This document shows, in pieces, positions 13,380 to 26,671 of a stretch of 64,000 bases of DNA; position 1 is the stretch's first letter; the number at the start of each line of letters is the position of its first letter. Origin of the DNA: Eledone cirrhosa (Eukaryota). The notes under the pieces were generated by a model that did no database searches, had not been told where the DNA came from, and saw nothing but the letters and a program-made list of their open reading frames with translations. The stretch is from assembly GCA_964016885.1 (NCBI GenBank), contig OZ024743.1, forward strand, positions 5,766,001-5,830,000, read 5' to 3'. The position numbers and the translations under genes are program-made.

Positions 13380-13748
13380 TATATATAACCACTTTTACAT
13401 TTGTATTTCCATGTCAGCTTAGGCTGGACAGGACCTTTTGAAACAGTTTTTTTTACAACCGGATGTCCTTTCTAATTTCAACCTTCACTTGTAATTTAAG
13501 TAAAGAATAGATCTTTGCATGACTAAACACTAAGTAACAGGCTTCCTGTTTATGCAAAACATAAAGAAATATCATTGCCCGTGATGTCGAATGTAAAGAG
13601 AAAACACACACATACCACAGATTTCCTTACATTTACCAAATTTACTCACTAAGCATTGGTCAGCCTAAAGCTAGAGTAGAAGTCATTTGCCCAAGTTTCC
13701 ATGCAGTGGGACATATTACCATGTAGTTGCAGAATGAACTTCTTAACC
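13380..13748 (-). mobile_element. Degenerate SINE with RTE-like tail
   Basis: Minus strand begins with a tRNA-like head GGTTAAGAAGTTCATTCTGCAACTACATGG...CCCACTGCATGG..CTTGGGCAA. The 3' end resembles the RTE tail. Confidence 0.5.
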
Positions 13749-13939
13749 CTTTAGCATTTAAATGAACCGTATCTGGCCAGAATTCTCTCACCTCTTTCTA
13801 TTCGAACTGGCTGTAACTGGCCACTCATACAGGAAAGAACATCTTGAAACTGCAGTGCTGTATGTAGGCACATGTTAGTCTATAGTTAAGAACTGTACTT
13901 AAATAGTATTCTGATACCGTTTAAGCAAGTGGTGCCATG

Positions 13940-14282
13940 GTAAAGTGTTTGTGTTAGTGACACGATAAAGTGTCCAGTCCACACTGTAAAAGGGTCCTGT
14001 TGGTGACACAATAAAAAGTGTCCAGTCCACACTGTAAAGTGGTCCTGTTGGTATCATAACAAAAAACGTCCATTTTACACTGTAAAGTGGCTGTTTTGGT
14101 GCCACATAAAAAAAGCATCCACTCTACACTGTAAATGTGGTTGGCATTAGGAATGGCATCCAGCTGTAGAGACTAAGCCAGAAACAGTTCTGTATGAGAA
14201 AGACACAATCATCTGATCTGACTTGTCTAACCTATATTAGCGTGGAAAAATAGTCATTAAATGGGGAGAATGATGATGATAT
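13940..14282 (+). mobile_element. RTE 3' UTR fragment with an expanded ~49-bp internal repeat
   Basis: Four CACACTGTAAA-containing units (13980, 14029, 14077, 14126), then GGTTGGCATTAGGAATGGCATCCAGCTGTA and a GAT tail. Confidence 0.7.
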
Positions 14283-14888
14283 ATATGTGGGGTGGGAGGG
14301 GTGACAATATACCTGTTATTTACCAAGGAAGAGGCATATACCGTTATTTGCCAACGGAAATGGTTTTAAAGAGAATGGGCTACGAAGGTATTGATGGGAG
14401 TGGCGAAAATTATATGGGGAGAGGTGAGAGAGAGAGGTATCCTTAAAGACACCTGGAAATACATTTGGAGTGGGTGAGTCCTTCTTTATATATATTTTCA
14501 TATTTGTACCTTCCATGCCAACTATATATACATTCATGTTTGGTAACATTAAAGGTACTTGTTATTGGTTTATACTCTTTAAAATAGCCATAGAATATAC
14601 TGGAAAGAAGGATTGAATTTGTCAGCTGTTTAAAAAGTTAAAAAAGAGACCAGTTGTGTGAACAGGTTATCTGTAATTTTGGTGACACAGAAATAAAGGT
14701 CATAGTAAGAGTGGCATGGTAGGAGTTGTTGATAGAGTGATATGTGTGGATAAAGAGAGTAGTTAAAGACAAGTGTATGAGTGTAAAAGTGTGTGCATGT
14801 CTGCACTAATGACATGAAGGAAGAACAAGTATATATCAATATATTTAATGGTACACAATAAAGTGTATATGTCACTCTCTCTCTCTCT

Positions 14889-14920
<32 letters not shown>

Positions 14921-15104
14921 CATCATCATCATTATCATCACTGTTTAACGTTCATTTATCCATGCTAGCATCAGTTAGACGAGTTGCCCCATTGTGAGAC
15001 AAGCCAGATCAGATAACCGTGTCTTTCTCATGCAGGCTTGTTTTTTGCGGCTTGATGCCCTTCCTAACACCAATATATATATATATTTATGTGTGTGTGT
15101 GTAT

Positions 15105-16030
15105 AAGTTGTTTGGTACTTTTAGGAATTCTGTATGGTCACAACATAGTAAGGTCAGCATAAATTTGGTCTATCAGTACCATCCTCGCTTCTCTATTCAT
15201 TGGAAATATGGACTGTTTACCACCACCACGGCTTGCAACAAATGTCTTTTCTCTGAGTGAACGGCAGATTAAATGATGTTTGTGTTTAACCCTTTAACAT
15301 TTACATTATTCTATATTTACTATTGTATTTTCACAGTAAAAGCTTTACTTCACATAATTATCTCACATAATATCGAATCTATGAGATTTTGATGTCATTT
15401 ATTTTGAGAACAATACCTAAATGTAGGTATGAGCAACCAGTTACAGCTGGTTTGAACAGAAAGAGATGAGAGAACTCTGGGTAGACATGGCCAGTTTAAA
15501 TGCTAAAGGGTTAATATACCATACAAAGATGTTGAATATATAACTCTTGACAGAAATAAAAGGCGAAAAAAAGATGGTCTGGGGTAAAGAATTTTGAAAA
15601 AAACAAACAAAAGTATGCAGGAATGTAAAGCGAACTATGGAAAAATAACACTTTGCTAGACACAGAAGTAGATTCCTCCTTTAACTGCTCAATGTATGGT
15701 AAAACTTACCTTTCTAAGGCTGGTTTAATTTCACATCTCAGAACTCATCTTCATACAGTTCGTCCAAATTATACAAGCTTCATTCCACCAAACATGTTCA
15801 TATGTCATACTTATTGTAAGATATATAAGTCCTGCAACAGTTTAAAAATGCATATAAATGTCCACAAACCAGATAAGACAAACAATACTGTGCTACTTGA
15901 GGTGAGATATATTTGCACTGTTTGTAAGGCAATTTCAAACACCTCTCAAGGCTCAAGAGCCACTTATGTGCTCTTGCATGGGAAAAGAACATCTTACAAG
16001 AAGTTGTCAACCTTTGAATAAGAGTAGACT
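15105..16030 (+). mobile_element. Degenerate RTE/BovB-like LINE 3' end with three decayed C2H2 fingers, interrupted by a MITE
   Basis: EIWTVYHHH near 15200, a DR...G...FE-like block at 15550-15600, then ORF 15653-16021 with CSMYGKTYLSKAGLISHLRTH, CHTYCKIYKSCNSLKMHINVH and CTVCK. Confidence 0.55.
15290..15510 (+). mobile_element. piggyBac-type MITE
   Basis: TTAA|CCCTTTAACATTTA ... TAAATGCTAAAGGG|TTAA: TIRs with a TTAA target duplication. Confidence 0.85.
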
Positions 16031-16039
16031 ACTTCTATG

Positions 16040-16103
<64 letters not shown>

Positions 16104-16148
16104 CATACACACACACACATACATACATCTAATAACATTATTGCACGT

Positions 16149-16336
16149 GGATTGGCAGTATCGGTAGAGGGTCGGGACGCCATGCTTTGAAGCATAGAGT
16201 TTACCTCCCTTTATGATCTGAGTTCAAATCCCGCCGAGGTTAACTTTGCCTTTCATCCTTACGGGGTCGATAAAATAAAGTACCAGTAATACACTGGGAT
16301 GATTGCTGGCCTTGTGCCAAAAGTGGAAACAATTAT
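16149..16336 (+). mobile_element. tRNA-derived SINE
   Basis: TGGCAGTATCGG A-box and GAGTTCAAATCC B-box; same body as 45716-45897. Confidence 0.8.
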
Positions 16337-16649
16337 GTAGGTTACTGTTTGGTTTCATACTTAAACAGATAATTTTATTTGAAATAATACATTTTAAAAT
16401 CTTTTCTGTATTCCTTAGGCCTTCATGTTTTCATATGCCTGTTTGTGAGAAAAGATGAGAGAACATGATAATTACATATAATTAGTGAGTTGACAAAAAT
16501 AGATAACTTAGAGGTGATGATATCTGTTTTATGTTTTTATGCATTGCTAAAATAAGTTATTGCCCCCGATATGTAAATTTTTAAAGTAGGTAGATATGTA
16601 TTATTTTGATTTAATCTCAGATACAACTACACATACACCCCCACACATT

Positions 16650-17210
16650 CATCATCATCATCACCGTTTTATGTCCGTTCTTCCATGCTAGCATGGGTTA
16701 CATGGATTGTCCTGTTGTGGGCAGTGTCCGGTCGGCTGACCTAGTCTTGCTCATACTGGAACTGATTCTGGCTTGATTTCTAACACCAACCTCATTTACA
16801 GTGAGTGCTGGGTGCTTTTTTTCCGTGGTGCCTACACATCGACTTTACAGTGTAAGTTGGGTGCCTTTTTGCCATGGCACCTCCACAACCACTTTGCAGT
16901 ATGTGGGTGGGGGGCATATTGTCTATATGCTTCAGCTTCGGCTTGTACCTGTGGGAAGTCAGGTCTTCTGTATTACTGCGTGATGCCAGAGGTCACAGTC
17001 CTGTGTCATCGCCTTTGAGAGGTGGCTTTTATCACTTCATCCCAGGTCTTCCCACTCCACAGCTTCCATCAACTTCTAGTGCTCTGCACCTTTTTATGCA
17101 GCTGTCATCCTTCATACGCACCACATGTCCATACCAACGCAACTTCCTCTCCTGCACACAGCATTTGATTCCTCTTATGCTCAGTCTCTCTCTCTCAATT
17201 CGTTTATGCT
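16650..17210 (-). mobile_element. RTE family A 3' fragment
   Basis: Homologous to 4440-5020; encodes ERKLRWYGHVVRM; (GAT)n tail. Confidence 0.9.
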
Positions 17211-17240
17211 TGTATATATACACCTCTCCCTCTCTTTCTC

Positions 17241-17281
<41 letters not shown>

Positions 17282-17939
17282 ATTAATTGAAAAGGTTTGA
17301 AGTAATGAGTGTATATGAATTTTCATAAAATTGTAGTATTCTCAGTGCGAAGGGTAGCTGTAAACAGCTGAATACTATTTGTATAGTAAAAAGTCGGGTT
17401 AAGATATAACGTCATATTGAATGGAAAGCAGGAGAGAAAGGAAGAAAGAGAGTCTAAAGCATGAGAGGGGTATATAGAGAGAGAGAGAAAAGAGGAGAAG
17501 AGAAAAGTGGGAATGAGATCGATAGAGCAGAACTTTTGGAGAATTGCGAAAAAGGATGAAAATAATGAAGAAAGGATGGAGAAAGTAAACTAGCAAGAAA
17601 AATAGAACTTTAGCATTATAAAAATCATCAGCTTCCTTCTAGACCAACATAGTTTCTCGCAGGAGAGGAAGGACTATGTATATAAGTCTAGCCCATGCAA
17701 CAAAACCTAAAGTTCTGTTTTTCTGATGCTGAAATAGAAGAAGAGTGCAGTGGGGCACATTTATACCGAACCATGATTGACAGAAAAAGAGGCCGTCTGT
17801 TATGGGAACAGCTGCAGCAGTAGGCAACAAGAGAGCAGAATTATCAGTAGCAGTGGTGGTAATAACAAGGGAAAGGCGATAGCAGGGGAAACAAAAATAG
17901 ATAGGAGAAGAAAAGAGTGTCTGTATCAATTTTTCGATT

Positions 17940-17995
<56 letters not shown>

Positions 17996-18443
17996 CACAA
18001 AAGAAACCAAAGAACGCTTACATACTCAAACAGTCTTTATTCACTAACAATGTTTCATCCTCACCTTTAGGCAGGAATCATCAGAGCTCAACAAATACTG
18101 TGTTGAGTATAAGCTCCACAATAACTTAGTCACATGAACAATATAACGGCTCTGTCTACGTACATTGAGCTAACACAATACTGCAATAATACAGTACGGT
18201 GAGTAAGTGTTTATGCACATACCCCCCGAACTTACGTAAATAAATATATATATATATATAAATTAATAAAAACAATGAATAAAAACAAAGAAACAGTTCC
18301 TTATATTAAAAAATTCATCATTTTACGATCGTTTCTAGGATATATATGTGTGTTGGTATGTATATCATATAGATCTATGTAAACATTTTACAAACTATCA
18401 GAGGGAATATACATACCTACACATATATATGCTGTCTTCAGAA

Positions 18444-18620
18444 ATAATTGTTTCTACTATTGGCACAAGGCCAGCAATTACCCAGTACATTACTGGTACT
18501 TTATTTTATCGACCCCGTAAGGATGAAAGGCAAAGTTAACCTCGGCGGGATTTGAACTCAGAATGGCAAGGGCCGTAACTCTATGCCTTAAAGCACGGCG
18601 TCCGACCCTCTACCGATACT
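18444..18620 (-). mobile_element. tRNA-derived SINE
   Basis: Reverse complement of the 16149 family; B-box GAGTTCAAATCC on the minus strand. Confidence 0.8.
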
Positions 18621-19498
18621 TATAATGATATTTGTTTATTAAAAAAAAACCAACAAAGATTTAATATAATAGGTCTGTTTGGGAACAGGTTTTGAATTGA
18701 CCAATAGAAAAGTAGTAAGTGGTCAAGTTGATAGAATAGTAGTAGTAGAAATTTAATTTAGGGGTAGAGGAATGCAGACTTCAGTTTTGAATGGAAAGAA
18801 TACTTTGAATGAAAATATTACTTTGGGGATGAAAAGAGGTCAAGCCGGTGAAAGGTACACAAAAATTTGATATTATTAAAGAATAATGCTAATATTAAAA
18901 TCGAAGGAGAATAAAATTTTAGGATAAATGTGTTAGTGAGAAATAACAATCTTATTTAAAGCATAAGGAATTTCGATCTATAAAAAGAAATTAAATTAAT
19001 TTAATTGATAGGTATACTTATAGGGATAAATTTATATTAATTCATATAGATGTGATAAATAAGAGTTAGATGTTATTAAAGAATGTTGTTAAAAACGAAG
19101 GAAAAAAAAATTTTGGGGGGATAAATGTATTAGTGAGAAATAACAAACTTATATAGACTACAAGGAATTTAGATTCATAACAGGAAATTAAAATAGTTTA
19201 TATGTATACTTATAGGTATTAATTTTAGGAAAAGATAGCTGTAAAAGGGAAATAAAATTATGAAGTTCTCAGTAGTAAAATACTAATTATAGGTTAACTA
19301 AATTTAAAAAAACTAATTATAATAATTTGTAAAATATAAGTGTAAGGTGTATATTAATTAGGTTTATAATATTTGAAAGTTCTTCTAATTCTATGATTGC
19401 ACGATATAATTAATTCTTGTCGCTTATTTAATAGATCCTTAGATTTCATTATTTCAAAAAGTTCCTGGGAACATAATCTACACTCATATCTGTTATTT

Positions 19499-21640
19499 TG
19501 CTCATACAGGAACTGATCTGGCTTGATTTCTACAGCTGGATGCCCTTCCTAACACCAACCTCATTTACAGTGAGTGCTGGGTGCTTTTTCGTGGCGCTTA
19601 CACGTCCACTTCAGTGTGGGCTGGGTGCTTTTTTGCCGTGGCACCTCCACGACCACCTTACGGTGGGGGGAGTGGGGGCATATTGTTTATATGCTTCAGC
19701 ATGTACCCATGGGAGGTCGGGTACCCTGTATTACTGCGTGACGCCAGAAGTCACGGTCGTGTGTCATTGTCTTTGAGAGGTGTAATTGGGTAAGGTCGGC
19801 TTTTATCACCTCATCCCAGGTCATCTTGGGTCTCCCCACTCCGCGGTTTCCATCAACTTCTAGTGCTCTGCACCTTTTTATGCAGCTGTCATCCTTCATA
19901 CGCATCACATGTCCATACCAGCGCAACCGCCTCTCCTGCACACAGCATTTGATTCCTCTTATGCTCAGTCTCTCTCTCAATTCATTTATGCTTTGTCGTT
20001 CACGTATATTACTGTTACACATCCATCGGAGCATGCAGGCTTCGTTTCTCTCTAATCTACGTAAGTCTTCCACCTTCAGCGCCCAGGTCTCACTACCATG
20101 CAACATCGCTGTTCGGATACACGCATCATACAGTCTGCCTTTCATTCTGAGGGAGAAGCCTTTTGCAGCTAGCAGTGGTAGTAGTTCCCTAAACTTCTTC
20201 CATCCCGTTCTTACCCTATTTATTGTACTTTCTGAACACCCACCTCCGTTGCTAATTCGGTCACCTAGGTAGCAGAAGCTGTCTACTGTTTCTACAGGGC
20301 CCTCCCAGAGATTGGTGGTACTTGTTTCCTGTGGCTGTTTGCTGCCTGCTGTCACAGAACAGCTGCTGCATGTGAATCCTACATTCTTAATTAAGCTTCC
20401 TGAGATCCCGCTACATCTCTTGTGTACCCATTGTTTGCATTTGGGGCAGAGAATGGAGTTCCTACCTACACCTTTCCTATATACTGAGCAAGGCCATTTC
20501 CCTGAGGGGATCTGGGTTCTGTTTTCTCGTCTACTTACAAGGACCTTAGTCTTTGTCATGTTGACTTTGAGACCCTTTCTTTCTAGTCCCTGCTTCCAAA
20601 TTTGGAATTTATTCTCTAGTTCTACCATAGATTCAGCTATGAGTGCGAGGTCATCAGCATACAGGAGTTCCCATGGGCATCCGGTCTTAAACTCCTCCGT
20701 TATTGCCTGCAGGACTATGATGAACAGGAGGGGGCTAAGAACAGAGCCCTGGTGGACCCCAACCTGTATGCTAAATTCCTCGCTATACTCATTGCTAATC
20801 CTAACTTTGCTGACTGCTCCCCTATACATGGCTTGTACTGCTTTTACAAGCCATTCATCTACTCCTAGTTTTCTAAGAGCCCACCAGATTACAGCACGTG
20901 GAACTCTGTCAAAGGTTTTCTCAAGGTCGACAAATGCCAAGTAGAGTGGCTTACTTTTAGCTAGGTACTTTTCCTGTAATTGCCTCACAAGGAAGAGGGC
21001 ATCGGTGGTGCCTCTTCCTGGTACAAACCCAAATTGCATCTCGTCTATTTTCACCCAGTCCCTAATCAGCTGTGCTATAACTCTTTCTGTTACTTTCATG
21101 ACCTGGTCCATCAACTTTCTACCTCTATAGTTTCCTCTATCTAGTGCATCGCCTTTACCTTTGTAGCAGTTGACAATGATGCTACTGCACCAATCTTTTG
21201 GTATGGCACCTTCTAGTATTACCTGGTTAACGATACGTGTGGTTATAGTGTGACCTACAGACCCAGATGCCTTCAGCATCTCGGCAGCTATACCCGATGG
21301 ACCGGTTGCCTTCCCCATCTTCATATCTTTGATTGCCTTACTTACTACGTTGCTGCTGACTTGTACTGCTGGCCCCTCTATAGGGTCTACTTGAGGTAGG
21401 GTCTCTTCTTCCCATGCATTCTCCTCATTTAGTAATCTATCATAATGACTCTTCCATGCATCTTTCTTCTCAGCACTTGTGAGGGCAAGCTCACCTTTAT
21501 CATTCTGGATACACTTCTCTCCAATGACATCACAACTATCTCTGACACACTGCCTCGCAATCTTGAATACCTGTTTATGGTCCTCACGTTGCAAAACATG
21601 CTTGAATTTTCTATCCTCTGCTTCCCCCCTAGCTAAGTAT
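19499..21640 (-). mobile_element. RTE-clade LINE (family A), 5'-truncated with an open RT ORF
   Basis: Uninterrupted ORF 19696 to ~21640 with the RT (YADD), a PHD-like insert and RRLRWYGH. No APE endonuclease present. Confidence 0.97.
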
Positions 21641-22002
21641 ATATATATATTTATATATCTACACACATACACACATTAAGACTCATTCTACTACATGAAG
21701 CATTAAACTAATAGATATCATCATTGTATTGTATTGTTCTCCCATGGTTTTTCCTTTGATGACTTTTCTCATACATACATACATACATTCATTCATATAT
21801 AGATCTATGTGTATGTATACAGACACAAATCACCCCATCCTATGTCCACATACATTCAACAAAAAATATCACCCACACTGACATGAACACTCTTAGAGAA
21901 CACATGCTTGCCTACCTAGACTGACAAACATCCACCCACACTCCTTGTATACATACTACACCTCACACTTACATGCACATTGATTGCACCAATGCATCCA
22001 TC

Positions 22003-22357
22003 TCATACACATGTGGGCATGCCTACAAAGTCGGAAAACAGCACAGCTCCCATGACTTTTGGAAACATTTTTTCACGCTTAGAGTTGCTGAAGCATGGAA
22101 CAAACTACCTGCACCAGTTGTTAGCTGTTGAGACACTGCATCCTTTAAAACCTCCATGCTTCCTGAAATTCACCAACACTCTACCTCATACCCCCCCCCC
22201 CTCTCTATACACATGCACACATGTGTATCATGACTCATACACTGTTCATTTTCCTGACATTTGTACATTATTCTATGTACTATACATGCACCTTTGATGA
22301 GTTGTAGTGCACCTGAGCACTGTACACAATAATTTCATTATTATTATTATTATTATT
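22003..22357 (+). mobile_element. CR1 LINE 3' fragment
   Basis: Homologous to 41835-42180; 3' UTR GAGTTGTAGTGCACCTGAGCAC and (ATT)n tail. Confidence 0.9.
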
Positions 22358-22487
22358 AAATGCTTCTTTCATATAGTAAACCCCTTCCCCAAACACATTA
22401 TACATGCATATGTATGCACCCCCAACACATTAGCACACCTACCACATGAATGTACTCCTCACATCCTGTCCCAGGCTCACAAAATAG

Positions 22488-24095
22488 ACTCTGACACCTA
22501 CATAGAGACACTCACTCACCCACTCTCACTTACCTACACACCTACATAGAGACTCTCACTCACTCTCACTCACCCACCTACATAGACACTCACTCACCCA
22601 CACACCTACATAGAGACTCTCACTCACCCACTCTCACTTACCTACACACCTACATAGAGACTCTCACTCACTCTCACTCACCCACCTACATAGACACTCA
22701 CTCACCCACACACCTACATAGAGACTCTCACTCACTCTCACTCACTTACCTACACACCTACATAGAGACTCTCACTCACTCTCACTCACCCACCTACATA
22801 GACATTCACTCACCCACACACCTACATAGAGACTCTCACTCACTCTCACTCACACACCTACATAGACATTCACTCACCCACACACCTACATAGAGACTCT
22901 CACTCACCCACACACCTACATAGAGACACTCACTCACACTCACTCACCCACACACCTACATAGACTCTCACTCACCCACACACCTACATAGAGACTCTCA
23001 CTCACTCTCACTCACCCACACACCTACATAGACACTCACTCACCCACACACCTACATAGTATCTCACTCATTCTCACTCACCCACACACCTACATAGAGA
23101 CACTCACTCACCCACACACCTACATAGACTCTCACTCACCCACACACCTACATAGAGACACTCACTCACACTCACTCACCCACACACCTACATAGACTCT
23201 CACTCACTCACACACCTACATAGAGACTCTCACTCACTCTCACTCACCCACACACCTACATAGACACTCACTCACCCACACACCTACATAGTATCTCACT
23301 CATTCTCACTCACCCACACACCTACATAGAGACACTCACTCACCCACACACCTACATAGACTCTCACTCACCCACACACCTACATAGAGACACTCACTCA
23401 CACTCACTCACCCACACACCTACATAGACTCTCACTCACTCACACACCTACATAGAGACTCTCACTCACTCTCACTCACCCACACACCTACATAGACACT
23501 CACTCACCCACACACCTACATAGTATCTCACTCATTCTCACTCACCCACACACCTACATAGAGACACTCACTCACCCACACACCTACATAGACTCTCACT
23601 CACCCACACACCTACATAGAGACACTCACTCACACTCACTCACCCACACACCTACATAGACTCTCACTCACTCACACACCTACATAGAGACTCTCACTCA
23701 CTCTCACTCACCCACACACCTACATAGACACTCACTCACCCACACACCTACATAGTATCTCACTCATTCTCACTCACCCACACACCTACATAGAGACACT
23801 CACTCACTCTCACTCACCCACACACCTACATAGACTCTCACTCACTCACACACCTATATAGACTCTCACTCACTCTCACTCACCCATACACCTACATAGA
23901 GACACTCACTCACCCACACACCTACATAGAAACTCTCACTCTCACTCACACACACACCTACATAGAGACACTCACTCACTCTCACTCACCCACACACCTA
24001 CATACTCACTCACACACCTATAGAGACACTCACTCACTCTCACTCACCCACACACCTACATACTCACTCACTCACTCACACTCACCCACCCACAC
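22488..24095. repeat. CA-rich minisatellite with a 232-bp higher-order period
   Basis: Variable ~24-36 bp units CTCACTCACCCACACACCTACATAGA(GA). The variant GTATCTCACTCATTC recurs at 23059, 23291, 23523 and 23755. Confidence 0.95.
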
Positions 24096-24329
24096 AAACA
24101 TGTATTCACTATTACTGCTACACACATCCATATACTTTACACACAAACACATATTTACCTGCACATATCCAGTTACATTCACTCTGAGATACACACATAC
24201 ACATTTGACCTACATCCTTATACATACACACTCACTGTGGCTCACACACACACACATACAGTATCATATTCACACCAACACATACACATTGACACAAAAT
24301 CATGTACACTTACATCAACAACATATATT

Positions 24330-26510
24330 ATCATCATCATCATCATCGTTTAACGTCCATGTTCCACGCTTGCATGGGTTTGGACGGGAGTTTTCCCACT
24401 TGAGGCAAGAATGGTTGTCTTGCTCGTATAGGACTGTCTGGCGGGTTTTCTACAGCTGGATGCCCTTCCTAACACCAACCACATTTACAGTGTAGAACTG
24501 GGAGGTTTTTACCGTGTTACCTACACGCCCACATTACAGCGTGGACTGTGTGTTTTTTGTCGTGACACCTACACGACCTCATTTGTTTCGGCCTGGATGT
24601 TGTAGTACCAACATAACTTTACATCGAAAGAGGTGGTGTGGATGGGGTGGGGGTAGTGGGATGGGGGGTATATTTTGTTAGAGGTGCCTACTGACTGTAG
24701 TAGGTTTCACTTTGTACTTAGGTAAGGCGGGTCTTCTCTATTACTGTGTAGCGCCAAAGGTCTCGGTCCAGTGACATTGTCTTGGAGAGGTGTAAGTGTG
24801 TGAGGTTGGAATTTATCAAGTTGTCCCAGGTTTTTCTGGGTCTGCCTACTCCGTGGCTACCGTCTATTTTTATTGCCCTGCACTTTTTTATACAGCTGTC
24901 GTCTTTCATGCGCATCACGTGACCATACCAACGTAGTCTTCTCTTGAGTAAACAACATCTGATCCCTCTTATTTCTAATTTTTTCCTTAGTTCGTTTATG
25001 CTTTGCCGTTCACGTATATTACTATTACACATCCAGCGGAGCATGCAAGCTTCGTTCCTCTCCAGTCTGCGTATATCCTCTGCACACAATGCCCAGGTCT
25101 CACTGCCATGCAACATTGCTGTTCGTATGCAGGCATCATACAGCCTGTCTTTCATTTTTAGGGAGAACCCTTTAGCGGCTAATAGTGGTATAAGCTCTCT
25201 GAACTTTTTCCATCCAGTTCTGACTCTAGCTACTGTACTTTCAGAGCACCCTCCCCCACTGCTGATTTTGTCACCCAGGTAACGGAAGCTGTCCACTATT
25301 TCTATAGAACCATCTGTGCAATGGAATGAGCTAGTATTTTGTGGGCACTTGCTGCTACTTATTGCACCAGAGCACCGGCCACATATAAAATCTATGTTCT
25401 TAGTTAGCTTACCTGTGATCCCACTACATCTTTTATGCACCCATACTTTGCATTTGGGACATAAAATGGAGTTTCTACCTACTCCTTTCCTACACACTGA
25501 GCATGGCCATTTCCCGGATGGGACCGGTGCCCTATTTTCCTTCCTACAAACTAGAACTTTAGTCTTAGACAGGTTAATTTTAAGGCCCTTTTGATTCTAG
25601 GCCATGCTTCCATGTTTGGAATTTCTTCTCTAGTTCGGCCATTGATTCAGCTATGAGCGTTAGATCATCTGCGTATAGGAGTTCCCATGGGCAGCCGGTC
25701 TTGAACTCCACTGTTATAGCCTGAAGGGCAATAATAAATAGTAGGGGGTTAAGAACGGAGCCCTGATGAACACCAACTTTTACGCCAAACTCTTCACTAT
25801 ATTCGTTGTTAATTCTAACCTTGCTGACTGTTTCTTTATACATGGCTTGTATAGCTCTCACAAGTCATTCATCAACACCTAGTTTTCTAAGAGCCCACCA
25901 GATAGTGGAACGGGGGACTCTGTCGAAGGCTTTCTCCAAGTCGACAAAAGCTAAGTATAGGGTTTACTTTTAGCTAGGTACTTCTCCTGTAGTTGTCGTA
26001 CAATGAAAAGCGCGTCTGTGGTACTTTTACCCGACACAAACCCGAACTTCATTTCATCTAGATCAATTCTCTCTGATTAGTTGCGCTATTACTCTTTCTG
26101 TGACCTTCATGACCTGGTCGATTAATTTAATGCCGCTATAGTTACTCCTATTTAGGGCATCTCCTTTACCCTTGTAGCAGTTAATGAGGATGCTGCTACG
26201 CCAGTCCTTCGGAACGACACCATTCTGTATGACTTGGTTTACTATCCGGGTGACCATGGTGTGTCCCACCGTTCCAGAAGCTTTCAGCATTTCAGCAACT
26301 ATTTCCGAAGGCCCAGCCGCCTTACCAGTCTTCATATCTTTGATTGCCTTGCTTATTATACTACCTTCGACTAACACTGCTGGTCCCTCTATTGGGTCGA
26401 TGTGGGGGAGACTGTCTTTCTCCCATTTATTCTCCTCATTTAGTAGCCTTTCGTAGTGACACTTCCACGCTACCTTCTTATCAGCGTCAGTGATGGCAAG
26501 TACACCATCA
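24330..26510 (-). mobile_element. RTE family B LINE, 5'-truncated and disrupted
   Basis: ORF pieces 26063-26377, 25580-25861 (YADD) and 24718-25497; (GAT)n tail at 24330. Confidence 0.95.
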
Positions 26511-26671
26511 TATATATATATACCAATATATATACCAATAAATATATATATAATATATATATTATATAATATATATAATATATATATATATATTATATAA
26601 TATATATAATATATATATATAATATATATATATAATATATATAATATATATATATATATTATATATATATA

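Noticed and set aside
18650-19497. Possible NUMT (AT-rich, strand-skewed)
   Set aside because: I could not recognise any mitochondrial protein, rRNA or tRNA motif.
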